From Mobula hypostoma (Eukaryota): a stretch of DNA of 64,000 nucleotides. A program made the translations under genes and the position numbers. Below the pieces are notes generated by a model. It saw nothing but the letters and a program-made list of their open reading frames with translations. It made no database searches and was not told the origin of the DNA. Position 1 is the stretch's first letter; each line of letters begins with the position of its first letter. Positions 38,636-53,179 of the stretch are shown here, in pieces. The stretch covers positions 45,386,001 through 45,450,000 of the forward strand of contig NC_086108.1 in the NCBI RefSeq assembly GCF_963921235.1, written 5' to 3'.

Positions 38636-39715
38636 TTCCAAAACAAAAGTGTCAATTGTGTGGGGTGATACACTTACTAAAGGAAGATGAATGGCCGGGG
38701 TGGTTAGAGATGAGCAACAGGTAGGTTAGAGATTTTCTACAGCTTTGTATTCATTTCACCGGTTTGTTTCTCTGACAATGGATTTAATAGGGTGACAATC
38801 ATTTTAGCACTAAAACCTCTCAGTTAACAAGAGGATTACTGAACTTCTCTTCAGTCATTCAATAAATGACTAGTCTTATAAATGTGTTTCTTAGTTTGTT
38901 TAGTTTCTGATCTTTTAAAAATCTGAATTGAATAATCAGGTAGGTGCTGGAGACAATTTTCCTTTGGGAGGCAGGCTACCTAAGCATGACTACACACGTA
39001 CATGATGGTTATGTACAACATGGCTCTAAAAATGTCTAAGATCTATATCCAAAAGAGCTTAAAGTACAAAGCCAATATGAATTTCAAAACCTTGTACTGA
39101 AAAATAGACGAAAGGGTTACCATATGTTTAAAATTTCTTCTCTAGTCTAAGCAACATTCATGATTATATGGGAGAAATGATGAGAAACATCATGTTTATT
39201 TTTCTTTACAAGGGCATGATAGATTCACGGACCATACAATCTCATCTCAATTATGCAGGTAACTCTGACTTTGAGTATGATGGCACTCTGTTGATTTTTA
39301 TCTGTCATTACACCATCAACACACAAATTTTCTCTGTGGAACAAAGGCACTGCAGAAAATCATAGACACATGACTCCCCTGCACGCATACTTTACAAGGA
39401 AGATGGAAACAAACATATTTGCAAGATAACAAGTGCCAGAACCTGTGGGTCAGGAACAAGATCTACAATTTAATCAAAATAAATCTAACTATCTTTACAG
39501 GCAACCCCCACCTTACGGCAAATTTGCATTCAAAGTGGAGACATCAGAGAAAGAGATGAGATTCGAGCGCCAGTGTTCAAGGGAGAAAGGTGGTGTCAAA
39601 GGCGATCAGAGGGGAATTAGTTAATGTGTGGTGACTTATTGAAAGTGGAGTAAAGGCTGAGGGATTACTTTAAGGAGCTGGCTATGACTACGGCAGCACC
39701 GCACGGTGCAACATA

Positions 39716-40087
39716 CAGTACTGTGCAAAAGATTTAGGCACATGTAAAATAAATTCTGTAAAGTGAAATACTTCCAAAAATCATATGAAATGTTTTTAAA
39801 TATCAAAAAATTTACTATAAAGACCAGTAAACAGTTAAAAAGCTAAATTAAATCAATATTTGGTGTGTCTACCTTTTGCATTTAAAACTGCAATTGGCTA
39901 GTAGGTTGTTCCAAGCACCTTGAACTTGCCACAGTTCTTCTGCAAACTTTGGCTATCTCACTTGTTTCTGTCTCTCCAGGTAATCCTAGACAGCCTCGAT
40001 GGTTTTGAAATCAGGGCTGTCTGGAGGCCATACCATGTGAAACCATATCAAAAAATCTAGGGTGCGTAAGCCTTTTGCATAGTACTG
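39716..40087. mobile_element. Tc1/mariner-type MITE
   Basis: TA TSD; TIRs CAGTACTGTGCAAAAG / CTTTTGCATAGTACTG. Confidence 0.85.
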
Positions 40088-40119
40088 TATCTCAAATTCT
40101 GGGTGGTGATTTGTGAATT

Positions 40120-40965
40120 TTCAAAGGTTCAAAAGTCCAATTTAATGTCAGAGGAATGTATACAATATACATCCTGAAATGCTTTTTCTTCACAACCATC
40201 CATGAAAACAGAGAAGTGCCCCAAAGAACGACGACAGTCAAATGTTAGAACCCCGAAGTTCCCCCCCACCCAGCTCCCCTCCCTCCCACGTGTAAGCGGC
40301 AGCAAGCAACAATTCAACCCCCTCCCCACTGGCAAAAAAAAGCATCGGCACCCACCACCGAGCACTCAAGCGTGCAATAGCAAAGACACAGTCTTGCAGA
40401 TACCCCAAAGACCTCGCGTTTTACCATACCACATACCACATTCGACATACCACAGTCTCTCTCTCTCCTTAATAACGGAGGAGGAGGTGTCTCTGTTTCC
40501 CCAGTGAGCAGGGAGACATAACAAATAACTCACCGGTTTACAATGTTAAAAGTCTGTTATGTCGCTTTTTTCAAGCTCTGTGCCAGAAGATCACAAAGGT
40601 CTCAGGTCTTTGGCTACACAGCAGATATCACGACTCCCCTGATGACACGCGGGTCTCCTACTGTGACACTGACCCTCGATCCGCCCGCCTCCAGAGCCCT
40701 GAGATCCTAGGCTTCCAAATCCAAGCCAGACTCTTAGGCTGAGCCCTTGGCGTGCCGAACAACAATGGTCGGTTATGAAACCCCGAGAGCGGGTCCCATT
40801 CCCACAAAGACCTGAAGTCAGCATGTAACTCCAGGTCAGGGCCTTCAAAAGAACTCTGAAAGGGAAAAATAGAGCTATTAAAGATGGAAATAGAGCTGTT
40901 TCTGAAGATGCAAGCAGAGGAGTTGCCTTTTAGCACCTTCACTGCTCCGCTCCGCCTCTTCTTGT
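40120..40965 (-). repeat. Unclassified non-coding interspersed repeat, probably a non-autonomous retroposon
   Basis: Tandem ttcaaa tail at the left end, GC-richer body, no recognisable ORF. Confidence 0.4.
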
Positions 40966-41043
40966 ATTTTGAATTTTGTAAGGGGAAATTTCTGTTACAC
41001 GAGGGATGGCAAAGTGGAAGTCAGTTGCATTGATGTAATTATA

Positions 41044-41841
41044 CAGTGGATTCTGGTTAATTGGGACCACTGCATCTTGGCCCAAATAAGCAGCTGACCC
41101 AATTAGTCAAAGTTTCATGGAAATAGTCAAAAAGGCATAAAAAAAAGACATACTACCATTTATCTGTGTCAACAAGTTGTGTATTTAAAAGAAATACAGA
41201 ACAAATTGGAACACTATCTGTGGAGGAACTCATCCAGTGTACACTGCTGTACGCTGTAAGTATCCTTTACTGTAAGTTAGAAATGAACAAAATCAGTGCA
41301 GACACCTAGTGCAGGTAATGGACTACCTTCATACAATGCCTTCCATGATTGCATCCTCCAAATCTTCCTTTTCATTGTAACATTCAAGTTGATTGTCGTC
41401 ATTTTCAAATCCTACATTCCCAACCCATTGAAGTGGTAAAACCATTTCATTTGCATTCCTGGCTGTTTCTGCCATCTCTAAGCCTGAATGCTTGAAACCG
41501 TGGTGAGCAAAACAGTTCAGAATTGTCTTACTACTTATTTCTCACCAACTATCAGTGACAAAATTCACTGCTCTCTGAACACGAGCACATGCAACTGATG
41601 ATATTTAAAATCTGTTTGCTCAAAGCACAATATAGTGTCTAACAGCCACGCAAGTGCCCTCACCTGACACTAGTTAGAAAATTGTTTGGCAATAGTCTCC
41701 TGTCCTAATTAAGCAGCATAGTGTCCCAAATAAACAAATGCAATCCTAGCTATTTTCTTGATTAGCTTTTGTTCTTTAAGATTTATCCCAAGTAAACGCC
41801 AGCCCCAATTAACCGATGGCCCAATTAACTGCTATCCACTG
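41044..41841. mobile_element. Tigger/pogo-type non-autonomous DNA transposon
   Basis: TA TSD; TIRs CAGTGGATTCTGGTTAATTGGG / CCCAATTAACTGCTATCCACTG. Confidence 0.8.
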
Positions 41842-42699
41842 TAGGTGCTTCCAGATAGAATCACTGTGTAATTTTCTGTTACTTAGAAGGCAAGTTGTGT
41901 TAGTTGTGTTCAATAAATGCATACATTTGGCTTTTCTTTTCTTGAATATTTTACTTCTTTGGAAGGTGCATTGATGTGCAAGTACCTAGTTTGTTTATAA
42001 ACTGATGTAGTCAATAAAACCAGCGACATATACATATAATGGGGCAGCACAGCATGCAGCTATTGGACAGTGAAAGTTCATGATGGTCTCAACCTGAAAC
42101 ATCTACTGCCCATTTCCCTCCGTAGATGCTGCCTGACTTGCTAAGTTACTCCAGCATTTTGTGCGTTACTCCATAGACATGAAAATTGGTGGACAAAAGA
42201 CCAGTTGCTATTACTGTCTGACTCTATGATTTTAATGCCCTTAATAAAATTTTACCAGAGCTTGTTAAACAAACCTTTACAATGGGGCTAATGACCAAAG
42301 CTTGATCAAAACATTTGGCATTGCAAAGTTTCTAAAAGAAAAGAGAAGTGATAATAATGACTGGATATATTCATTAATAGCTGGGCTTGTTTACTTAATC
42401 TTTTCATATCCCGACTATTGAGCTCAATTGCAAAAATCTAGGGATGAGATGCTTTCACTCCAATTCTGTGTTGATTGATGGGGTAATGTGGTGCCTGCAG
42501 ATTTTATGACAAGTAACTTTACTGCAGAGGTGCTTGGTAAAGTGGCCAAGCGGATGGTTTGCAAGGCAACACACTCCTTCCGCCATTTATATTGGCCTTT
42601 TATATGCTTCCTGAGCAAGTAATTGGCTCTCACTGCGTTCTGAATGCATCTTCTACACTTTGAACTGCTTATGGAGCCAGGGAGTGGTAATAAATGTTA

Positions 42700-43632
42700 A
42701 AGCACCCCACAAGCCTCCGCATCCAGCACATAATACTCCGTAACTTCTGCCATCTCCAATGAGATTCCATCACCAAGAATAACTTTTCCTCCGTCCCACT
42801 TTCCACTTTCCACTTTCCACAGGGATCACTTCCTACATGACTCCCTTGTCCACTCGTCCCTCCGCACTGATCTCCCTCCTGGTACTTATCCTTGCAAGCG
42901 AAACAAGTGCCACACCTGCCCCTACACCTCCTCCCTCACTACCGTTCCAAACAGTCCATCCAGGTGAGATGACACTTCACCTGCAAGATTACTGGAGTCA
43001 TCTGCTGTATCCGGTGCTCCCGGTGTGGCCTCCCGTGTATATAGTGAGACCCAACATAGACTGGGAGACTGCTTCATCGAACACCTTTGCTCTGTCCACC
43101 ACAAAAAGCATGATTTCCTGGTGGCAATCCACTTCAGTTCTACTTCCCATTCCCACTCTGACATGTCAGTGTCAGGATGATATGCATCTGAAAACTCTAC
43201 TGCCAGGATGAGGCCACACTCAGGTTGGAGGAGCAACACCTTGTATTCCGTCTTGGTAGCTTCCAACCTGATGGCTTGAACATTGTTTTCTCAGACTTCT
43301 GGTAATTACCCTCCATCCTGTCCTTCACCATTCCCCATTCCCCTTCTTCCATGGTCTTCTGTCCTTTCCTATCAAAATCCCCCTTCTCCAACCCTTATCT
43401 TTTTCACCAATCAACTTCCTAGTTCTTTACTTCACCCCTCCCCTCCCCCTCCCAGTTTCACCTATCACCTGCCACCTCGTACTTCTTCCTCTCCTCCCCT
43501 CCCCCACCTTCGTTTTCTGACCTCCCATTCCTCTCCAGTCCTGATGAAGGGTCTCAGCCCAAAACATCGACCGTTAACTCTTTTTCATAGATGCTGCCTG
43601 GCCTGCTGAGTTCCTTCAGCATTTATGTGTGC
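42700..43632 (+). mobile_element. Older Penelope-like 3' fragment, hammerhead core mutated (43537-43572)
   Basis: Homologous to 6500-7480; CTGATGA is present but GAAA has become AAAA. Confidence 0.85.
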
Positions 43633-46600
43633 TGATAAGGAATGTTACAATTTTTTCAAGGAAGTTTTTAGATCATCCTTCAATCCTTTCTGCTGTCCAC
43701 TTGGTATTCTCTTTCTGTGACTGAACTTTAGTCTGAGAGTTTGTTTACGGAATCTGACTGTAGAAATAACATGACTTGCCCAATGGACTGAGATGAATAT
43801 TATTAGAGCCAAAATGCTAGGAATGTTTGCAAAGCAGATTTGGAGGGTTTTGTGCTGACAGTTTTGATGTTATCTCCCTGGTGCTGTGAGGGTCCTGCTT
43901 TAGGTAGTTCAGATCTCTTAGATGAGTAGGAATTATTTCTACCAGTAGACTATGAGTTTAGTGCCAGGTCTGTGGTCTTGATCTTCAACCCTTTTCCTCA
44001 GGTGTGTTAAGGTAGTGAAGACATTGCCCCAACTGAGATTAACCAAGATGATACGAGTCTGAAATCCTCACTGTCATTTTGATATTGAGCAATTCAGTGC
44101 ATAGAATAAGTAAGAGAAATAGCATGAAAACAAATCCATTGCTCATTGGGTCATTGTTGATTATCAAGCACCAATTTTTAACACTAATCCTCTCCTCGCC
44201 CATTTTATTCTTCTCCACATTCTCATAAACTCATGAACATGCTAGGGAGAAGTTAACGCAGCAACCCTCAGATTTTCAGGATGGAGGAAACTGGAGCAAC
44301 CTGGAGGAAATCCACTCGGTCAAGGAAACTCCAGAGTGATAGCTGAAGAGGTCAGCTCTGCTAACTGCTCCACTGTGCTGCCAAAGACATTTCACTATAA
44401 ACAAGGAATATGCTCCCTGCTACTGCCTCTATGCTGCTAGATTTAACAGAGGTAAGCAAATGAAATAAATATATTGAATTATTCTAACATTCAAGGTAAC
44501 ATTTTCAGTATATTTTGTCATCACCTTAAACTGTGTTAGCTGAATAGTTATCTCACCTAAGAAAGATTTAACTTCCTATCCAAATTAGAGTCTCATTGTA
44601 ACTAGCTTTTCATCTAATGACTGAAGAAATATAATCAACAGACATTAGTTACACAAGCCTTTCAAAAAGCTGGACAACATGTTCCAAAGTTGTATAGGAA
44701 TGAGATAACTGGAGAAGAAATTTAAATTTCTATAAATCTGATTACGACTTAAGAACCAGGTAGAACTAATATTTTGTCAATTTAGATTTTGCCACCTGCA
44801 TCAGGAAAGATAATCTTGCTGGGTGAAACAGCCAGAACAAGTCTGCACATGAAACTCCTTGGGAAAAAAAACTCTACTACTGTGGCAAATCTGTCAAAGA
44901 TGTAATGGTTTTACCACCATTCTCAATGTTCTGCTGTTGGGAGATATTTAAAACCTATCTAATATGATATAAATAATTTAAAAAGTTAAAGATACAATAC
45001 TGGAATATATTTCTGAATAATTAGTGCATATTGCAAACACATAATTAAATTCACCACACTTTTACTGTTTTTTTCTGGTGCAAAATCCAAAACAGAATTC
45101 CAGCAAACCACTATAGAATCCAGGGGCAGAGAACTGTTAGAAATTGTCAGAAGCCATTCATATTAATACTGAACATCTGATAAATGAAGTATAAGAATAT
45201 ATGGGCAAGATAAATTCTAATATTCAGTGTTGATAACTATTGCTTTAAATAAGGTATGTATTCATTTTGTGTGGACAAAATAACGGATCTTTAGCATGTT
45301 GGTATGTAAGTGGTGGGTAAACCCTGTAAAATCTGCTTCCTGATGCTAACTTGAATTGATTTAATGCGATTTGAACCTCACTTACCTATGGTCCACTGCT
45401 GTAACAGAATGGGCATTCATTGTTGGTGATGGAAACAAGGTGACACTCATGGCTGTCTCCTTGGACTGTGTTGGTCATTGACACAAATGATGCATTTCAT
45501 TGTACGTTTCAATGTACATGTGACAAATAAAACTAATCTTTAAAAAAACATGAATCAAGTCTGTAACCATATTTGGATTATCCCAGAATCTTTTGCGAGT
45601 AATAGACTTCTACCAGAAAAGTAATGTTTTTATTTTCATATACAGATATTTCTAAACTATTTGAATAATGATTGAGTAGACCTGTCATCTCTGCTTGATC
45701 CAGTGGTCCCCCAGCATGATTGATGCCAATCTTGAGCCAATTTGATTCACTCCACATGATATAAAGAAACAATTAAGGACACTGGATATTGTAAGGGCGT
45801 TGATCCCTGACCCCATTCCCGCAATAGTACTGTGCTTGCTATCTAAGAGAGTTTCGCATGAGCTATCCATTACCCTTTGGGCTTAATGCAAATCTTGCCA
45901 TTTGGAAATAAAATAACGTGCTTGACAATTTATCTTACTTCTAGAGGAAATGATGCATTTGATAACAACACTTACCCTTTTTTATATATATATATATATA
46001 TAGATCTAAGAACTGTAAACTATTTGGTTTCCTCCTTGTCAACATGGACACAACCTAATGCAAAAATAAATTATAGTTGCTCTTTCTGCCTGAAGCAGTT
46101 ATGAAAAGTACATTTTATTGAAGCTACAATCCTGTAGAGAGAATCTGCACCCCATTCTCTTTCATTTTGAGGAAATTACTTTACATTTGATCTGTCATTT
46201 TTGATTGGCAGCATAATGACAAAGAGGAGTCCCTTTTCCTATAGTGGTAACGAGATGGCAGTGATGGTATAAAAGTGCTGTAGTAAAACTAAAACCTTTA
46301 AACTTTTCCTCCATGAAAGAAAGATGATTATAGTTGTTGCATGCCTGTTATCTCAGCTCCAAGAAAGATAGTTGCAGGGATTTCTATAGGTAATGTCCTC
46401 GACATAACCACCTCCAATTGCTTCATCAGTACCACTGCACAATATTCAAAGTAATCTGCAATTCATCAGAAAATGAAGCAGTTCATGCTTGAAATATTTG
46501 GCAATAACTATCTCCAACAAAAGAGAGATGAACCACCTTCCCTGAATGCTGGAAGAAATTGCTATTGTTGGGTTCTCCTGGTATCAAATTCCTAACAGTT

Positions 46601-46904
46601 ACCTTGACCGGAAATTCGGTTGCATTAGCCACCACCTAAATGTGGTCACCACAAGAACAGGCTAGATTGCAAAGTTTGGATATTGTGTAATGCACGACAG
46701 CATCCTAAATTTGAGAACCCTTTCCCACAATAAGATTGTGATGGCCTACAGTTATTTTCAGCACAGCAGATGTCACTCTAATGTAACACAGCTCCCTCTT
46801 GAACTTATTTCTTCTCGGTGTATCTATTAAGTGTAATGTCTTCCCAGTTTTTAGATGTAATGTTGTATTTTTTCAGGCTGATTTTAATGTTATTGAAGCA
46901 TTTC

Positions 46905-47640
46905 AAAGCTCAAAGTAAATTTATTATCGAAGAACATTCTGTATATATCATCATATTCATCCCTGAGATTTATTTTCTTGCAGGCATACTCAATAGATCC
47001 AATAACCGTAATCGAGTCAATGGAAGACCACACCACAGGGCAGACAACGAGTTCGCAAAATCCAATAAACTGTGCAAATACAAGAAGAAAGAAGTAGTAA
47101 TAATAAATAAACAAGCAATAACTGTCAAAAACCTGAGATGAAGAGTCCTTGAAAGTGAAACCATGGGTTGTGGGAACAGTTCAGTGATGCGAAGTTGAAT
47201 GAAGTTATCTTCTCTTGTTCAAGAGCCTGATGATTGAGAGGTAATAACAGTTTCTGAACCTGGTGGTTTGAGTCCTGAGGCTCCTGTACCACCTTCCTGA
47301 TGGCAGCAGTGAGAAGGGAGCATGGCCTGGGCGGTGTGGATCACTGATGATGGATGCTGCTTTCCTGAGACAACGGTCTGTGTAGATACTCTCAGTGGTG
47401 GGAAGGACAATGCAATATCCACTACCTTTTGCAGGATTTTCTGTTCAAGAACATTGTTGTTTCCATACCAGGCAGTGATGCAGCCAGTCACTATGCTCTT
47501 GACCAAACATGGAGAGAAATTGTCGAAGTTTTAGATGTCATACCAAATCTTCAAAGCCTTAAGGATGTACGGGCACTGCAGTGCTTTTTTTATAATTGCA
47601 TTTACAAGCCGGGCCCAGGACAGATCTTCTGAAATGATAA
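46905..47640 (-). mobile_element. Rex1/Babar-type LINE 3' fragment
   Basis: SIVTGCITAWYGN...LQKVVD. Confidence 0.8.
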
Positions 47641-48006
47641 CATCTTTGCCCACTGGGGGCTCACTGACCTTCCGTCAACTGGGAGTAAAGGATCTGTTTG
47701 GGGAGATGAGGATTAGGCATCTGAATGGCATGGCCTATCCATTGGAGTAGGTGTTGATTTATCATAGTGGAGACACTGTTCATGTCAGCCTCCTCCAGTA
47801 TCCTGGTGTTAGTGCAACTGTTCTTCCAGCTGATCCTCAAAATATTTTGTAAGGCTCTTTGGTGATACTGTTCCAGGACTTTCAGGTGCCTACTGTGGGC
47901 AGTCCATGATTCAGCTCCATCCAGTAATGTAGGAAGGAATACCAAAAGTTTTGTCTGAATCTGTAGGTTGAAGTCTTCGAAGTTTCTTTTCCTTAATCTT
48001 TCCTAG

Positions 48007-49354
48007 TGTCACAATGGGGGGGCATAGGGAGCAAGGGTGGACTCAAATGCAAGACGCATCTTGTGAGGTTAATTAAATTTATTGAGTTTATTGTTTGATA
48101 CCAGGAGAGCAAAGCAGAAGCAGGAAATAGCGAACTGGACAAGGACTCAGGATTCTGACTAGGCTGGGACAAAGGTCTGGGCTAGGACTCGGAACTGGAT
48201 CCCAGAACTAGTGGCAACATGAAGAGGCTACGGTATGGACCCCGAGCCAGAGACTGGGCAGAGCCCCAGTACTTGGGTCTTGCCTCTGGCTTGGACCCCA
48301 GAACCAGGCAAGGACATGACATGGGCTAGGGAGAGGAGGAACATGGGAACACAGAGCCTTGGTCTCGGGAAGGCAGGTACATGGAACCATGGACACATAC
48401 ACAGAACACAGAGTCAGGACCCCTCCTTGGGTACAGGACATAGGGCCAGGACACATGACTCATGACCCCCCCCCCACGGGGCAACAGCATGATGGCCTGA
48501 CTTACCCCACAGAGGCGAGGACAAGACAAGACAAGACCCCCTGCAGGGCAATGGAAAGACGGCCTGACTTACCCCACAGAGGCAAGGACAAGGGCGAGGA
48601 CAAGACGTGACCCCCCCCCCCACAGGGCAATGGCAAGACAGCCTGACTTACCCCACGGAGGCGAGGACAAGACAAGACCAACACGAATGAACACCAGACA
48701 GTACCCATCTAGCTCCGGTGATAGAACTAGACCGAGGTGCAGGCAAGGGCTGCAGACGAGGGCTAGAGGCGAGAGGGGCAGAGAAGGGATTCAGACGGCG
48801 GGGGGGTAGGACAGGAATCACAGACCACCAGGGCCAGGACTTGACTCAGAACTTGGATGCCGCCAGGACCGGGACTTGACTTGGTACTCGAATGCCCCCA
48901 GAGCATGGACTTGACTTGGAGCCTCCGGGTAGTGGCGAGCTCTCGACTCGGCCCGGGAACAGTAGACAGCAGTTCTTGATTCCCTCCAGCGGGTTGACTG
49001 ACGGACCCACCTCGGTGAGGAAACTTTGCAGGCTCGCTTTGGTGAGGTAACTTGACAGGGTTGCTCCGGTGAGGAAAAGTGAATTACTGGCACTCGCTTC
49101 GGGCGGAGACTAGGCTTGCTCCGGCCAGATGACATTGGCATACCGTACCTTTGGTGTCTTAGCAGACACTCTCACGCCGAATAGCTGAAAGCCAGAGGCT
49201 ATAAACTACCGGTTCAGCCGAGAGTAAATTGCCTCTAATCACCAAGGCCGAGGGACACGGGAAAACAGGGAACCAAAGGGAAACAGGGAGTCAACGGTCC
49301 GGATCTTAACATAAACATAGTAGATTTAAAGAGACCCTGATCCAGACCATGACA
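48007..49354 (-). mobile_element. Long solo LTR with internal tandem repeats
   Basis: TGTCAC...ATGACA termini, TSD CCTAG/CCTCG, repeated gacttaccccac/gacaa units at 48455-48680. Confidence 0.7.
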
Positions 49355-49522
49355 CCTCGGCTCCACTCGCACTACTCAGGTGGTGGTCGTTCTCTGCGTC
49401 AATGCCTGCTTTTAAGGACAGAATGTTGCCAGGGTAGGAGTTGTGATCTACCTCTTCATGAGTGATATTGTCAACATTTATGGAGAGCTGGATAAATGGC
49501 TAGTTGGGTGGTGGTTGATATA

Positions 49523-50522
49523 CAGACATCCCACCCTGCAAAAACTCATTTCAGGGAGGTAGCACCATCAATTTGCGGGAGACTTCTGGGAGAGGTGTGA
49601 TGTCTGCAATAGAGTAGCTCCTTAGCAGCTAGCCAGCTAGTTTAAATAACGTTAGCTATGCTAATGAACGAATGACACCTGTTAAACTCACCTCAACATG
49701 TCTTTTACAGTCTTAACCCACCATGGGCAATAGAAAAGTCACTGTTACAAACAGCGCAGCGAGCAACACTGTCATTATTTTGACCCCTATTAAGCAGGGG
49801 TACACTTTAGTGTAGTCTGGGGTGACGTACGTTTCATATATTTTTTGGAACACTCTGCCATGGCGCGCTCTCGCTCGCGCGCTCTCGCTTGCCTTCTCTC
49901 TCGCTTTCTCGCTCGCGCGCTCTCGCTTGCCTTCTCGCTCGCTTTCTCGCTCGCGCTCTCTCTCTCCCTTGTGGTTGCTCGGGCGCTCTCAAGCGCTCTC
50001 GCTTGCCTTCTCTCTCGCTTTCTCGCTCGCGCTCTCTCTCTCCCTTGTGGTTGCTCGGGCGCTCTCAAGCGCTCTCGCTTGCCTTCTCTCTCGCTTTCTC
50101 GCTCGCACGCTCTCGCTTGCCTTCTCTCTCGCTTTCTCGCTCGCGCGCTCTCCCTCTCTTGTGGTTGCTCGGGCGCTGTCAAGCGTTCTCGCTTGCTTTC
50201 TCTCCCGCTTTCTCTCTCGCGCGCTCTCTCGCTCGCACGCTCTCGCTTGCTTTCTCTCTCGCTCGCGCGCTCTCGCTTGCTTTCTCTCTCGCTCGCGCGC
50301 TCTCGCTTGCTTTCTCTCTCGCTCGCGCGCTCTCGCTTGCTTTCTCGCTCACGCGCTCTCACTTGCTTTCTCGCTCGCTCGCGAGCTCTTTCTTGCTTTC
50401 TGTCTCTCGCTCGCTCTCAAAAAAATTGATTTCTGTGATATTGTATATAATTTGCGGGCATCAGGGAGCCACTATTAATATGCAGGAGACTCCCGGAACT
50501 TCCGGGAGAGGTGGGATGTCTG
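49523..50522. mobile_element. Non-autonomous TIR DNA transposon with 6-bp TSD
   Basis: Perfect 13-bp TIR CAGACATCCCACC / GGTGGGATGTCTG, with GATATA on both sides. Confidence 0.8.
49863..50418. repeat. CpG-rich compound (CTCG/CT) minisatellite
   Basis: Repeated gctctcgcttgc(c/t)ttctctctcgct units, with a higher-order unit containing tgtggttgctcgggcgct present three times. Confidence 0.9.
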
Positions 50523-53179
50523 GATATAGAACCTGTGTTTTTTTTTAATATTCAAAACAAAACCCAAGGCCCTATATACAAAGGCATTCAGGATACATTG
50601 GAGGTCTTCATCAGAGTGTGTTGAATGGTTGTCATCTGCACACTGAAGCTCTGTGATAGTGGTGGTGCTAGCCTTGTTCTTGATCTTGAACTATTTGAGG
50701 TTGAAAAGCCTGTGGTCTTTTCTATACATGATCGGGATTCCCTGTGGCAGGTCTTGGCCAATGAGGTGAAGGACGGCAGATAGGGTGGGTGTAATGAAGG
50801 ATCTCTGTTTGACTCCTAGTTTGGCAGTGAAGGGCTCTAATTTAGTGCCACTATTGCTGAGAACTGTGGCTGACATGCTATCATGCAGTGGCCTCAGTAT
50901 TTGTAAATACTTGTCAGGGCAGCTGCATCTTGATAGTATAAGCCAGAGGCGTGGCCGTCCTCTGTATCAAATGCCTCTGTCAAATCAATGAAAACCAAGT
51001 ACAAGGGTTGCCTTTGATCAGGGCATTTTCCCTGTAACTGTTGTGCTGTGAAGATCATGTCTGCAGTGCCTCTAGACAGGCAGAAACCACACTGCGATTC
51101 AAGGAGTACTTAATCAGATAGTGGAAGGAGTTGGTTGACATGGATACATGCAAGCACTTTGCCTGATGCCTCTGTAATTGTCACAATCTACCTTGCCCCC
51201 CTTCTTGAACATAGCCACTATTAGAGGGTTCCTGAGCTCTGAGGGTTGTCGTTTCTTTTTTCCAGATCTTCAGGAGCAGGGCGTGTATGTGGTCCACCTT
51301 CCTAGAGGGTCTCTGCTGAGATCCCATCAGGACCAGTGGCTTTGTTGCTTTTCAGGCTCCTGATGACAACAGGACAAAGGTCAAAGGTGACAAAGATGAC
51401 AAAGGTCCTCATTAATATTGGGAGGTTCCCCATGTCTTCATCAGAGGTCTCTGGCAGATTTGGTTCGTAACCACTGGTTTAGTACTGTCGTCGTGGTTAA
51501 GAAATTGCTCTGTCCATCGATTGTTGATATCCTTTTAATTCTTTCACAAGTTCTTCTCGTCCTTTGAGCTCAGGAGATTTAATTCACAGTAACTTGGACC
51601 ATAGACTGCTTTGGCATTGAGGAAGCCTCTCATATCACCCAAACAAGGCCTGAAGGTTCTGTTGGGTGGCAGTGTCAAATAGACTCACATTTTAGTCTTG
51701 GCCTGGTCTGCTTCTTATAAACCCTCCTCTTTTTCCTGAGCCCGATGGACATGGTGGAGTGGATATGGTGATGAATCTGTTCAGCAGCTAACTGTGCCAA
51801 TCATGGCCTTTATGATATTCACATCATGGTGGTCCCTGGATCAGATGATGATATAGTCAATGAGATGCCACTGTTTAGATCATGGGTGCTGCCATGGATT
51901 TGTTTTTCTGGCAGAAGATAGTACTCATGATAAGACTGTGCTCAGCACACTTGGTGTGAAGTAGTACTCCATGAGCTGACGTTCCCAATGTCTTCCTTTC
52001 CTGTGGTACTCTTCCAAAGGATGAAGTCCTGATTGACCCTGGGATTGGAGTCCACTAAGAGAATTACCTTACTCTCCTTGGGGATGCTCAACGGTGTTGT
52101 GTCTAGGTAAGTGTAGAAGGCCCCTTTTTCATAGTCATGCGAGTCCAGAGCTGGTGCATAAGCTCCCACAACGGTTGCCATCTGGCTCTTGGCAAACAGC
52201 AAATGGATCATCATGAGATGTTTGCTGATTCTCATGGGAAGTTCAGAGAGTTGACCAAAAAGCTGTTCTTTTAATTGCAAACCCAACACCAAAGATCCTG
52301 GGCTCGACAGCTGCCTTCCCTTTCCAGGGGAAGGTGTAACCATCCTTCTCTTCCCTTAGTTGTCCTTTGTCTGCCAGACGGGTTTCAGAAAGAGCAGCTC
52401 GGTCAATCAGCCATCATTGGCGATGATCACAGTTTTGCCCTCTGGTTGATCAGTGATTGCACTCTCTATCAGAGAGCACACATTCCAGGCTCCAAAGGTC
52501 ACGTTGCGTTGTTTCTTACTGCACATGGTGCTACCTCTGGATCTAGTCTGGAGATTTCAAGGGTAGCTATTTTCAGAGTGCCTTTTCCAGCCCCTTCCCC
52601 GGGGGGGGTGAGCAGGGTGGATTGTAAATAGGGCTGCTCAGGTGTGGGTACAGCTGCCGAAGGGCTCTTTCTGCCTCAGTCCAAGAGCCCAGTGACTGAA
52701 TCAAACACCAACAGCGCAAAGTGCCAGCTCATGACTAGGGGATTCTAGACCTCACAATTCTGCCTCTTCACCATTTGCTAACCACCGTGGGACTTAATCC
52801 AGGATGTTAGGGTGGATTTCCTTGATGGAGAACTTATCTGTGTGATTTTGTTTAATGTAGGGAGGCTGACGTATGGGCAGCCACCACATGGTCCTTGGCA
52901 GATCAGGGTCAGAGTTCGGTGCTATATGACTGTGCACCCTTCACTACTGCAGCCTTCCTTCCTCTGCCATCACTGACGATGTCATGTGCCACAATCTCCC
53001 ACCAGCCCCACCACTGAGATCTTGGTTGGATTGTTCTTTGTCTGGAAGCTCCCCCTTGACCTTACCACCATGGGTGACCCTACCAGGAGCTAAAGGTCCA
53101 GACGGCATCATTCTTGGGATCTCGGGAAAGCACAAGCCTCTCCACCACAACAAGGTAACGATCCCTGGAGAAGTGTAAG

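Larger units (their letters stand above)
47645..53175 (-). mobile_element. RTE-clade LINE, near full length, decayed, with two nested insertions
   Basis: LPTLLDGAESWT..RHLKVLEQYHQR (C-terminus), GVKQ...PTL (RT), VVGAYAP (APE endonuclease). The 5' boundary is approximate. Confidence 0.8.

Noticed and set aside
48455..48680. Repeat-spacer pattern resembling a CRISPR array
   Set aside because: Degenerate tandem duplication inside a solo LTR, no unique spacers, eukaryotic context, no cas genes.
49790..50548. Four overlapping 190-219 aa ORFs rich in R/E/S/A/L
   Set aside because: Artefact of a stop-free CTCG/CT minisatellite.
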